64,000 nt of DNA. Origin: Candidatus Omnitrophota bacterium. GTDB lineage: Bacteria; Omnitrophota; Omnitrophia; Omnitrophales; Aquincolibacteriaceae. A program made the translations under genes and the position numbers. The notes under the pieces were generated by a model that saw only the letters and a list, made by a program, of their open reading frames with translations, was not told where the DNA came from and ran no database searches. The stretch spans positions 766 to 64,765 of the forward strand of contig DAOSLF010000010.1 of NCBI GenBank assembly GCA_035368605.1, in the 5' to 3' direction. Positions 43,672 through 54,700 of the stretch are shown here, one piece after another; the first letter of the stretch is position 1, and every line of letters begins with the position of its first letter.

Positions 43672-43998
43672 ATGCATCCCAAATACAAACGCATGCTGGA
43701 AGGCCTCGCAAAAAAAGAAACGATCAAAAAGAAAAAGCGCGTCGGGGACAAATGGTCGCTTTATATCCTGAAGTGCGGGGACGGGTCTCTCTACACGGGG
43801 ATCACGAACGATATCGAACGGCGCTTCCGGATGCACCAGAACGGAAAGGCGGCCCGCTACACACGGACGCGGCGACCGGTCGAACTCGTTTATCAGGAAA
43901 CCTGCGGCACGCGTTCCCGGGCACTGATCCGGGAGTGCGAGATCAAGGAATGGCCGCGAAAAAAGAAAGAGAAACTGTTTTCAGGAACTCGGGACTAG
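43672..43998 (+). CDS. GIY-YIG nuclease-family protein (UPF0213-like)
   Basis: YIL+C..G.LYTGIT.D..RR...H motif. Confidence 0.7.
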   Translation: MHPKYKRMLEGLAKKETIKKKKRVGDKWSLYILKCGDGSLYTGITNDIERRFRMHQNGKAARYTRTRRPVELVYQETCGTRSRALIRECEIKEWPRKKKEKLFSGTRD

Positions 43999-44088
43999 CT
44001 CGCCGCAAGGCATCGGATGAATCCGCCCGGGAGGTTTGGCGGATGCCCGGAAGCTCGTAAAATCCGGGGACACAAACAAATTCCGGTC

Positions 44089-44688
44089 TTAGTGGAGTTG
44101 ATCTTCGAGCTTTGCTGCCAGGGCCTCGATCTGCCTGAGGAGATGATCGGGAACGAGGTCTTCGTCTTTCAGCTGTTTTTTAGCGCCGTTCAGAAACCCG
44201 ATCAAACGCCGGATCGCGGAACTACGCTTTGCTTCCCTGGCCTCGGGCGTGTCCTTCGGCTTCCGTTCCGCGACAATCGCTTTTACCTTCGCGCGGACAT
44301 CCCTGAATTCCCTGGCTTCGTTGAGAACCTCATGGCGGAGTTCCGCAAACTCCTGGACCGGTATGTTCTTGTTCTGTTTCGCGAGACGCAGCAGGTTCAC
44401 GGCCTCGTAATCCGGGATCTTCCGGGGCTCCTCTTCGGTCGTGTATTCCGGTTTCACCATGCGCGGCTCCTCCCTTTCGAGAAACGAGTAAGATTTGAGG
44501 AGTTTTGAAGCCGTCGCCTCACGGATCTTGAGCTCCCTGACGCAGTACGCTTCGAAGGTATTGTACCCCCATTCCCTGAAAATCCTGTCCTTTGAGATGG
44601 AGAAAAGGTACTGCCCGAGCTCGATCCAGCTCGCCTTGTGTTTCCGTGCCACTTCCACCACTTTACCGCGCAATTCGTCGTTGCTCAT
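44089..44688 (-). CDS. hypothetical protein with possible N-terminal HTH and charged coiled-coil C-terminus
   Basis: No recognisable catalytic motifs. Confidence 0.3.
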   Translation of the reverse strand: MSNDELRGKVVEVARKHKASWIELGQYLFSISKDRIFREWGYNTFEAYCVRELKIREATASKLLKSYSFLEREEPRMVKPEYTTEEEPRKIPDYEAVNLLRLAKQNKNIPVQEFAELRHEVLNEAREFRDVRAKVKAIVAERKPKDTPEAREAKRSSAIRRLIGFLNGAKKQLKDEDLVPDHLLRQIEALAAKLEDQLH

Positions 44689-44785
44689 AAATTCCTTCTA
44701 TATGGAGTGAGAAGAGGTGCGGGGCACGGAGCCCGCTTTGACGGATTTTATTCCGCGCCTGAAACTCCGCATTCCGTACCGGTAT

Positions 44786-45673
44786 TTAAATGAATTCCGG
44801 TTTCACTTGATGAGGGATGATCTTCGCGGCGTACGCTTCGTCCATCAACCTGCGAAACCCCGCTTCGCCGTTCGCGCCGAGTTCAACCGTGTAGTCGTTC
44901 ACATACATCCCGACAAACCGGTCGTTTAAGTCGTCGGCAAGGCCCCGGCCGAATCGGCTCGCGTATTTTAATGCTTCTTTCCGGTGATTCAAGGCATATT
45001 GAATGCTTTCCCTGAAGAGCTCCGCGAACCGCCGCATCGTCTCCGGCCCGAGGTCCTTTCGGATGATGTCGATTCCGAGGGGAAGCGGCAGCCCCGTGTG
45101 AGCCAGCCACCATTTTCCGAGATCGGCGGCAAGCTCGAAGCCGTGTTTTTCATAGGTGATCTGGCCCTCGTGGATGATGAGACCGTAGTCCGCCTCGCCG
45201 TTTTTTACCGCATCAAAAATCTTGTCAAATGGCGTAAAAACCGCTTTGTACGGCATGCGGAGTGCGGAGTGCGGGGAATTGCTTCCGGTTTTTGCGTACA
45301 GCTGGAGGACCAGACTGGCTGTTGTCAGTTTTCCCGGAACCGCGATTTTTTTATTTTCAAAATCGGGGCCCGAACCCCGGCCCCCGGACCCGGGCTTTTT
45401 AACAAGGATCGGCCCGTAATCGTCACCGACGCTCGCACCCGAGCGCATGACGGCATATCTTTCGGAAAGATACGCGAAGGCGTGACAGGAGACGGCCGTG
45501 ACTTCGAGCTCCCCTTTCAGCGCCCGCTGATTGAGGGACTCTATGTCTTCGATCACGTGCTCCACGCGGAACCCGCGCATATCGATCTTCTCGTGCGCGA
45601 GCGCGTAGAACATGAACGCGTCGTCGGGATCGGGGCTGTGGCCGACCCGGATCAGTTGCGGGGAAGTTTTCAT
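44786..45673 (-). CDS. mqnD: 1,4-dihydroxy-6-naphthoate synthase (futalosine-pathway MqnD; MqnA/MqnD family)
   Basis: N-terminal LIRVGHSPDPDDAFMFYAL matches the MqnD SPCPNDTF motif. Start taken at the internal ATG 45673. Confidence 0.6.
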   Translation of the reverse strand: MKTSPQLIRVGHSPDPDDAFMFYALAHEKIDMRGFRVEHVIEDIESLNQRALKGELEVTAVSCHAFAYLSERYAVMRSGASVGDDYGPILVKKPGSGGRGSGPDFENKKIAVPGKLTTASLVLQLYAKTGSNSPHSALRMPYKAVFTPFDKIFDAVKNGEADYGLIIHEGQITYEKHGFELAADLGKWWLAHTGLPLPLGIDIIRKDLGPETMRRFAELFRESIQYALNHRKEALKYASRFGRGLADDLNDRFVGMYVNDYTVELGANGEAGFRRLMDEAYAAKIIPHQVKPEFI

Positions 45674-45781
45674 AGGAGCGATATTATATGCCACACACCG
45701 CATAAATCGCCACAAGTACTCTGCCGCACCCCGCATGAAAACCTTTCAGAAAGGGCGGCGATCTTGCGGCCCTGTGACAGC

Positions 45782-48700
45782 TTACGCGCTTCTCGCCGTC
45801 GCGAGGTACTCGGCCTGCATCTGTTCGACCATCTGACTCACGCCGAGACCGGCCAGGTTGAGGAAGTTCCGGAACATCTTCTGGTCGATCGTGACAACAT
45901 TGTCCTTCAACTGCTCGGCCAGAAGCGCCGCCTGCGGATTGTTCGCTCCCGCGAAAATCATGGCCTTCAGATTCAGGGAAGTGCCGCGGGCCCCGGTTTC
46001 CCGATCGGCGTCCAGGAGTTTTCTCGTCGCTTCATCCAGATCAGCGGCCGGCAGGATGGGAGGCCGGTTGGCCTGGCGGAGCCGGGCGTTGATCTTTTCA
46101 AGGAAACCAAGGTCCGCAGGATCTTCCGTCAGGACAACCGTGCGGATATTGCCAAACACATTGCGGATCACATAAACAAGACCGCGCTTGAAAGCGGTTT
46201 CGGGGTCAAGCACAAGCGCGTCGTTCGCCTGGAGCGTTTTGACCCCAAGCGACCGCCGAAGCATCCGGACGGTGAATTCGCTCTGGAATTTCTCCGGCCA
46301 GCTCGCCACCGTGACGGGCGCGGTCACCCTGGCGACCGGGGCCAGATTTTCAAGGATGATGTTTTTGATTTCATAGGAATACGCGAGAAGCGGTACGATC
46401 CCGTCCATGATCTTTTCCGTCACGGCGCGCATCGCGCGTTCGGACGCACCACTCAGGCGTTCATGATCCAGGAGAAACTCCTTATAGGTCAACACCGGGC
46501 CGGAGGCCGTGACAAGACCTCTCAATTCGCCCGCGATCTTCTGAGGCCGTGTTTCTGTCGAACGCGTTTCCGCGCGGGGGGCAGCAGAGCCGTCCAAAGG
46601 CGCCTCAGCCGCGGATTCGTTTTCCGTTTTAACGGACGGGATGACGGTAATGCCGGTCCCTTCGCGCTCGAGCTTCCAGAGACCGAGCTTCACACCCAGG
46701 GCAAGCGCGATCTCTTCCTGCGGCCGCAGCGGTCTTTCGGTGTTGTGCCCGAAAAGGTCCTTCAGGGAAATGACCGGCGGCATTCCTTGAACCGTTTTGG
46801 CCGGCGGCGGCACCAGGGCCTCCAGGATCGTCCGGATCCCGTCCTGGTTTTCTTTAATAAACCTTCCGCTAACACGGACAACGCGTTTCGTTCCGCGGAC
46901 CGTTATCCCGATCTCCGTATCTCTCGGATATTCCCTGCCGCCACGCTTGATCACGAGAGAATCCGCATAGAGCTTTTCAAAGGTCGCCGTTTCCCCGGCC
47001 GCTTCGTCTTTTTTAGCCCACTCCACGGCAGCGGCGTATTCGCCGATCGTCACGATCAGAAATGCCCGGTCGTCCTTCGAAAGCGTGAACTGTGTTTCAA
47101 AACGGTCAACAATCGCCGCAATCTCATCCTGTACCACCTCAGGGATCGCCCGTTTATTCATCGCGCCGTAGCGGCGGATAAGTTCGACATCCGGTTTCTG
47201 TTCGAGGGCAGTCACGAGGGCGGCCCGGCTCTTTTCGGCGGAGGACGGTCCTTTCGCCTTTTTCACGGAAGTCCTGGCCTCGGCGCGGACCGTCACCGGG
47301 GGTTTCAGACTTTCAAGAAAGCGGCTCGCGCGAAACAGCCCTTCAAAACCTTTGCGGCCACCCGAAACCAGTTCATGCCCGAGGAACAATTTTGCGGTCT
47401 TGCGAACGCCTTCGTCAGGATGGGAGGCGGCCACTTCCTCAAGCTCCTTGCGAACCCGGGCTTCGTCAGCCGCCGCGTTACGCAGTTCGGCCCGGGCGTG
47501 GTATTTCAGAACGCCGGCAAAAAATACGGCAAAGGACGCTGCCGGAGCCGCCGTCACCATACCCTTTGCCGCGGCCTGCGCTACTGCACGCAACTCGCTC
47601 CGCTCGCTCCACGCAGCGGGCCTTTCGCCGCTCGCTACCGGCGCGTCAGGGCGGTTTATGCCGACGGGGATCATCTGGAGCACCTGGAAACGCCATCCCG
47701 ACTGCTGAACTCCGGCAGGGTCCTTGCGCTTCACAACAGGCACGCCCACGCGCCAGCCTTCCCTGGAAAGAGAGGCTAACGTGTGTTCCCGCTCATAGAC
47801 CGTGTTCGCGGTCCAGTCACGTACTTTATAGACGGTCCCGGGAAGCAATCCCAACCGGTTGATGCTGCCCAAACCAAACCAGACCTTTCCTTCCTCTTTA
47901 TTGTAAGGCGTCTTGGCGAAATGGATCGGAATGACCACATGCCGCTTCTGTTCCGTCCCGTCCACCCTCTCGGTCACGGTGCGGGTAATGACAACGGCGG
48001 AGTCACGACTCGCATCATTGAGAAAGATGTCTCCTTTTTCAAAAAGATCTTTCATCTCCGGATCGGCCATGATCGCCTTCAGAGAGTGATACACTTCAGG
48101 ATCCCAGTCGCGCATATCTTCAAGGAATTCCGGTATCAGCCCCGCGATAAAAGCCATCACAGGACGCACGCCCTCGCTCCCGAAGCCCAGTTCCGAAACC
48201 ATTTTCCCGCGGGACAACGTAGAGATCGCCTTGAGACGCCGCTTCAGGTTTTCCGGGTCATGCCTCAAAAGATAGATCACTGTTTTTTTGAGCCAATAAC
48301 CCCGGGAGCGCTGCTGCCGGACCTGATCTTTGGGGTCCCCGGACACAAGCGCCCGGAGATCGTCGATAATGAACATTTCCTGGGATTGCTTTTGGGGACC
48401 TTCCAGTGCCATCTCCCCGGTTGGACGCAATCTCAGGATCTGAATGTCCGGTTCCGGAACGCCGATCGGAAGCGCCCCGCGGGACAGCGCCCAGAATGGA
48501 TAGGGTTTCCTGTCTTCGCCGTCACCGTAGATCTCGCCGGTGATGACGTTCGACACCTCATAGGCCATTTTCGATTCGGGGTCCGTTTGTCCGGTCAACC
48601 ACTCAAAAACCTTTTCCCCGTAGAATTGCCCCCAGGCTTTCGGCTCGCCGCCTTCCACCCCGGGATATTTCGGCTCCCCAAGGTTCAGCGCCACAATGTA

Positions 48701-51700
48701 TTTTTCCCCGTTTTCCTCGACCGCAAATCCCGCGAGGCTCTGGTTCAAAGACCCGAATTTCCGTCCCCTGGATTCCAGGTAGAAGTAAAGGTTCTGCCGG
48801 AACAGCGCGTTCCGGAAAAGTTCTTTGTAGCCTTCTCCCCGGGAGATCAAATACCCTTGCAGGATTTTCTCGGAAAGCCGGGCCACGAACAGATCCAGCA
48901 AACGAAGCGCGGCCAGATTCCCGCGCACTTTCTCCAGGGTGTTCGCCGAAGATTCAGCCTGTGCTTTCAGTGCGACCATCTCCTGATAGAGCATCGGCAA
49001 GGATTCCCTGAACGGTTCCAGATAAAAGAAGATCTTGCCAAAGATATCCCCCCGCGCCGCGTGATAAGCCACGGAACGATACCCTTCCGCGGCGTGAGTC
49101 CTCAGAAGGCGGGAACTTTCGATAAAATCCAAAACCCTGGGACCCGCAAGTTCCAGAGGCTCCGGCTTTTCCGTCCGCCAAATAAATCCGGCACGCTCAT
49201 CTTTTTCGCCTTGAGATAAAAACCTCAAAGCCTGTTCCGGAGAAAGCTGCGATTGCGCAAAGATCATCTGTTGTCTTTCTTTCTTTTGGATCACCTTTTG
49301 CCACAACTTCATATGGGCCCGGGCCTGGCTCTTTTCCATATCCACCAAGGGAGAGGAACGGAGCGCTTCCCATTCAAGGTTCATGCGTTCCGCGGGAACC
49401 TGATAACGCCCCTGAAGGTTTACGAGAGCTTCGATCATGGAGTGGGCCATCGGATAGCGTGCGTTGATTTCCACGATATTGCCGTCGGCATCCAGCGTGT
49501 TCAGGACAAATTTACGATCGCCTGTTTCGCTGTACTCCACGAGGTAACCGTTCGTAATCTTCCAATCCTTGCTATGGAGGTTTTTGACGAGCTGCTCGTA
49601 GGTCACATGTTCTTTGAAGATATCGACTTCCCGTCCGGTGGCCGTCTCAACGATCGTAAAAAGTTCGGGGCCCGCACCGCCCCAGGCCATAATCAGAACC
49701 GCTCCGTTCGGAAGCCCCTTCATCATGCTGGTCGCGGAAGCTTCCAGAACCTCGTAGGTGATCATTACGGTCGCGGAGTCTCCCTGGAAAAGGATCGGGG
49801 CGACTTCGATGTTGTAGTTTTCGATGGTCGCAAATTTGTCCTCGAGACCCAGCTCTTTGACAAGACCCTGAATCTCGAGGAATACGTCGTGTGCGTCCTG
49901 GCCGAATTCACGCCCCCCAAGGATCGCCCGGGCGGCGTGCTTTTTGTACCAGGCGAGTTTCGCGGGATCCGCCTTCAGGGAATACAGAATCTCCCGCCAT
50001 TTGTCCGGCCCCTTGTAGGAAACCTGCCGGCGCACGTTGGAAACAATCGCGGTCTTCAGAAATTCCCTTCTCAAGACCCGGATTTTTGTATCACCTGAAA
50101 TATCCTTCCACGCGTTCTCATTCACGAGCGCCACCTGGATCGCCCGGTAAAGGTCCCCGAGAACAGCGGCATCATCCACGGACTCCATCCCCAGCTCGCG
50201 GCGATAAGCTTCCATGGCTTTGTCGTACCAGGCGGGACGATTCTGACTTTGTTTCAGCCAAAGCATCAGCCGGCCTGTGAGATAAGCCTTGATCACATCG
50301 AATCGCTCCTGAAATTCTCCCAGAACCGCTTTACGGGCGGGATCGTTCAGTTTGGCGAAGAAATCCCGGTCGTCGACTTCATCCATTCCGAGTTTCCGTT
50401 TGTACGAATCGACAAGAGACCTGAAAAGCGGCGATTGCCATTGCTCAAAAAGGACCCCGTTCGTGCTACGAAGCCCGTCCCCGTTGTAGCTGTCAACAAT
50501 ATCCACATATCCGGGGGCCACTCCGCCGGCAACCGCCGGCGTATGTTCGTACAGGGCCACTCCGGTAATCATGTCGAAGATCATCCCGATCGCTTTCACC
50601 ACGTTAATCTTCCCCTTCTGAACGATGTAACGCCACAGGGAAACGGCATAACCCAAAAGCCTGGCTGAAACGGCCGCGGGCCCGTAAATCGTCGGTTCGA
50701 ACACCGAATGATTCATGTGATGATGGATCGCGTCGGGCAGAAGAGGCGTCGGAATACTGACAAAAACCTCATTGTCCACGAAGAGAATCTTCTTTTTGGC
50801 GAGACCCTTTTCCTGCAGCTTGAGGGTTAGAAGCTCCGTAATCCTTCCATAGACCGCCATTTGAAGATCGCGCCAGAGATTCGGGCCGCCATAGGGAGCG
50901 TCCGGATACACTTCGTCAAAAATCTGTACTTTCGCACCGTATTCATCGATGTAAAAGGCCTCCACGTAAAAGTTCGGCATCCCCCCGACTGATGTTTCCG
51001 TGGGGTAAACCTTGATCCGGATCTCGCGATCGGAAGCTTCCCGCGCCTGCTGAAGCCTTTTCCGGTAAAGCGTCCAATCCTTTTTTTGAGCTTCCAGTCC
51101 CGCGCGCGCGTTCGCGTCCCCCGATCCGGAGATCCGGCCGTCTATATCCGCGATGATCCCTTCCGCGCGTGAAATCCATTCTTCCGCGCCGGAGCGATAT
51201 TCACTTCCGGGTTCCATGAAAGTCTCCAGACGAAGACCGGGGTCTTCGCTGAGAACATCCCGCAAATAATCTCCCAGAGTCCTTTTGCCCTCTTTAACTT
51301 CTTCCGGAACGTCCTTGGCAAAACGCTGTCCCTTAATCTCATCATAGATCACGTTCACGGTAAACGCGTCATAGGCTTTCGCCTTGGGCCTCCCGAAGTT
51401 TTTTTGCCAGGAAGGGAAAAGATCGTGCATCAAGGCGCCAAGACCGCCGGTCACTGTCGTTGCAGCCACAAGACCCGCGATCGTTTCCCCAAACTTTTGA
51501 ATAAGCCTGTCGAGAATATCTCTTGAAAGCCCCGCTTCAAGCTGACGCGATACAACCGTATACTTCCCCAGTTCCGCGGGCTTTTTCGCCCAAGCGCGTG
51601 ATTCGGAGCGGGCAAAAACCCCGGGAGCAGATTCCGGCGCTTTTTTCCACATACGCGTCATTATCCGCACAGGACGCTCTTCCCGGACTTCGCTCCGGAC

Positions 51701-54700
51701 AAATTCGTCCCCGAGACCCGTCAGTCGATCCGCAAGCGCCCTGATATTCTCTTTCTCCTTCATCATGGCCCAAGCGCCCAGGATGGTCCGGATAAGCGTC
51801 AGGGCCGCGGCCTGCGAATCTTCATAGCCTTCTTTCAGGAGCGCCGTATAACCGGTAAAAATATCATTTGTCAGGAATTGTTCCCGTCCCTGGGCGTAGA
51901 AAGCGGCCGTCAGCAGCGCCGCGATCCGTTCGCTGACGCGTTTGTTCAGGAAGCGACCAAAAATCCCGCGGTGCCCGTGTTCAAAAGCGCGGATCCGGGT
52001 CTTTAAAAGGTGGATCGTCGCGAGCGCCGATTCGACCGGCGAGTAATTCTCTCTCTGGAATTGACGGAAATACCGGAGCGTATACTGCTGCCGGAGAGCG
52101 ATCGACGCGCCATCCGCGAAAACGAACGCAAGGGCGAGCATGGCCGAAACTTCGGAGGAGATATTCTTCGCGGCAAATTGTTCATAGACATTCCGGATCC
52201 GGTTTTCTGCGGCACGCGGGTCGCGATCGCGTTCGAGAACAAGCGCCGCCGCCAAAACAGCCTCGATGAGCAACTGGTCGTTCCTCCCGGTCTTGACGGC
52301 ATCCAGTTTTTCGGACCACGGCGCCATCTGTTCGTTCAGCCACGCGGAGGACTGATAGAGAGGGCTTTCTGCAGGTTCCGACTTCATCCACGTTTTGATT
52401 AGCCCGGAAACCGTCAACGCGGCAAATCCGTCCCCTTCCAGGGACTTTCGCGCCATCGCAAGGACGTCGCCCGCGCGGTTCTCGGTCTCAAGCATCGACC
52501 GTATCCTCAGAACATCAGGCGTTTCACGGACCTCGCTGCGCGCATCCTGTCCGGTGGCTCTGAACCATCGGCTCAGCCTATCCATATCCCGATCCCGCAT
52601 CGTCTGACCTTTCCGGTCCTTACGCGGGCGATAGGTTTGATCGAGCACCGTGAACAACATCCCTTCCGGCGACTCGATCTCGATCGTTATTTTTGAACCC
52701 CCCACATCCTTTAAAAAAATCCGGACAGGCTCCTCACCCTTCCCGCGCGTCACCGTCAAAGGCGTTCCGGCATAAAGATCAAAACCATCGCCCTCCCTTG
52801 AGATCATTTTCCCGTCGACGGAAATATTCGTATTTTGCGACTGCAAAAGAACATAGGCGCCGCCCTCGCAGGGCGAATCCATCACCAACCGGAATTCTCC
52901 GGCGCCAAAAACCAAGGTCTCGTCCAGTCCCAGCTCCTGTTCTGCTTTTCGGGTTTCGGATCGCATTGAGAACCTGAACCCTTGCCGGGTGAGAAAATCG
53001 CTCAGCGCCTGCGCATGCCGAGCGGACAACAGGTAAGCCGCCTCACCGCGTCCGTTCACGATCACAGCCTTTGGTGTTTCGATCACGCCGGAAACGAGCC
53101 GATCGCGGATCAGGTCCTCAATCAGGGGATTTTCAGGATGGGAAGATAGCAGAATAATCGGCGTTTGAACCTTTCCGGTGGCAGTTGAAAGAGCTTTCCT
53201 CGTCCAGGTCTTCCACTCTTCACGTTTGCTGGCCACATCGAAATTGACCAACGCGAGATCGAACGGGCCCTTATCCAGATTTTTCCATAATTCTTCACGG
53301 TTATAGCTGTCGATCCGGGCGGAAACAACCTTGGCTTGGGGGGCAAGTTCTTTCACCAGTTGCCTAAAACCGCTGATCCCCGGCTCACCATCTGCCACCA
53401 AAACATTCTTTAAAGCCGGAAAAGTCTTCCCGGGAATTTCGGTGGATAAAACCGCAGCCACTTCCGGACGCGCCTCGAAATGAACCCGGTGTTCTCTCAT
53501 CCGGACGTCCCACCGCCTGTTCTCCTTATCAAGGCGAACCGAGACCCCGAGATTCCGGTCACCGGCCTCAAGAATCCTCACGATTTCCTCCATGAGCGGG
53601 ATATATTTCAAATCTTCTGCCGTGAAATAAACAACCTGCCCCTCAACCCGATCCCGAATATCTCCCAGAATCAGCAATTCCAAAACGCGTTTGATGGTCG
53701 AAGCATCCGTTGCTTCTGCCAGGGCGCGGGTCCAGGCCTGGTAGCGTTCCCGGTAATGTTTTTCCCGGATCTCGCGAGGCGCCAAATAGCTCGTCCCGAG
53801 AATATGTCGAAGCGCCAAAAGGACCTGGCTGTCTTGCGCTTCCGCGGGGTCCAGTCTGCCGATCGCTTCACGATAAAGGATGTGCCCGGGAAGTCGCTGG
53901 TAGCGATACCGAAGCGGGAGTATCACGAGGCGATGGATCATTGCGGACACGCTCACGAAGAAGATCATGGCGGAAGCGAGGATCAGACAATCCCTCAATT
54001 CAGACCGCCGAACCGCAGAAACCGTTTCCTCCTGTTTTGAAATCTCCAGCCATTCCAGATCTTCGATCCCCCGGACCCCGGACTGGCGTGAAAGGCTGTC
54101 CACCATCCACAATCCCTGTCTCGCGGGATTATCGTCGATCATGATCGTATAGGCGATCCGGGCTTTCGGCTTGAAAGTCACGAATGTCCCCAGAAGGGCT
54201 TCGCGCGTGACCCCCTGCTTTTCAAGAAATGCAGCGATCGAGCCTTGAGCCTCGCCGAAATTCTTCCGGGAAAAAGACCACAAAACCTCTCCCGAAGGCA
54301 ACCCCGGACTTATTTCCAAAGAGGGCCGGGTATCGAACGCGGGAAGCGCGGCGTTCGGAATCTTCGTGACCTTGGGTTCGGATTTGCGGACCGGGACCGT
54401 TCTTTTTGAAACAAAAAAACCACTGATCGCAAGACCAGCCGCGACCACAAGGGCTGTTGTCAGAAAAGCACCGGCAACAAGACCCACTGCGGCAAACGTC
54501 AACGCAAGGGATGCTTTTTCCCTGACGGACCGGAGAACGGACCGCCGGCCGGCAAAGTCACGCCCTTCCGATCGCGCGCCCATCTGCTGATTCAGAACGT
54601 CTTCGAGCATACCGGCATCGTTCCAGCGGATCCTGGCCCCGTCGAACAGGATGTTCCTCGCGTCATGCGGATCGGCCGTGACCGTGACGCCGGCAGGAAG

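Noticed and set aside
43672-44688. GIY-YIG nuclease plus hypothetical HTH protein as remnants of a prophage or integrative element
   Set aside because: No integrase, att-like direct repeats or phage structural genes in the vicinity. The UPF0213 GIY-YIG proteins are common chromosomal genes.
44984-47779. 931-aa plus-strand ORF spanning mqnD and the 3' end of the 4642-aa gene
   Set aside because: It is antisense to two well-supported genes, has a low-complexity R/G/P-rich translation and no start/RBS context.
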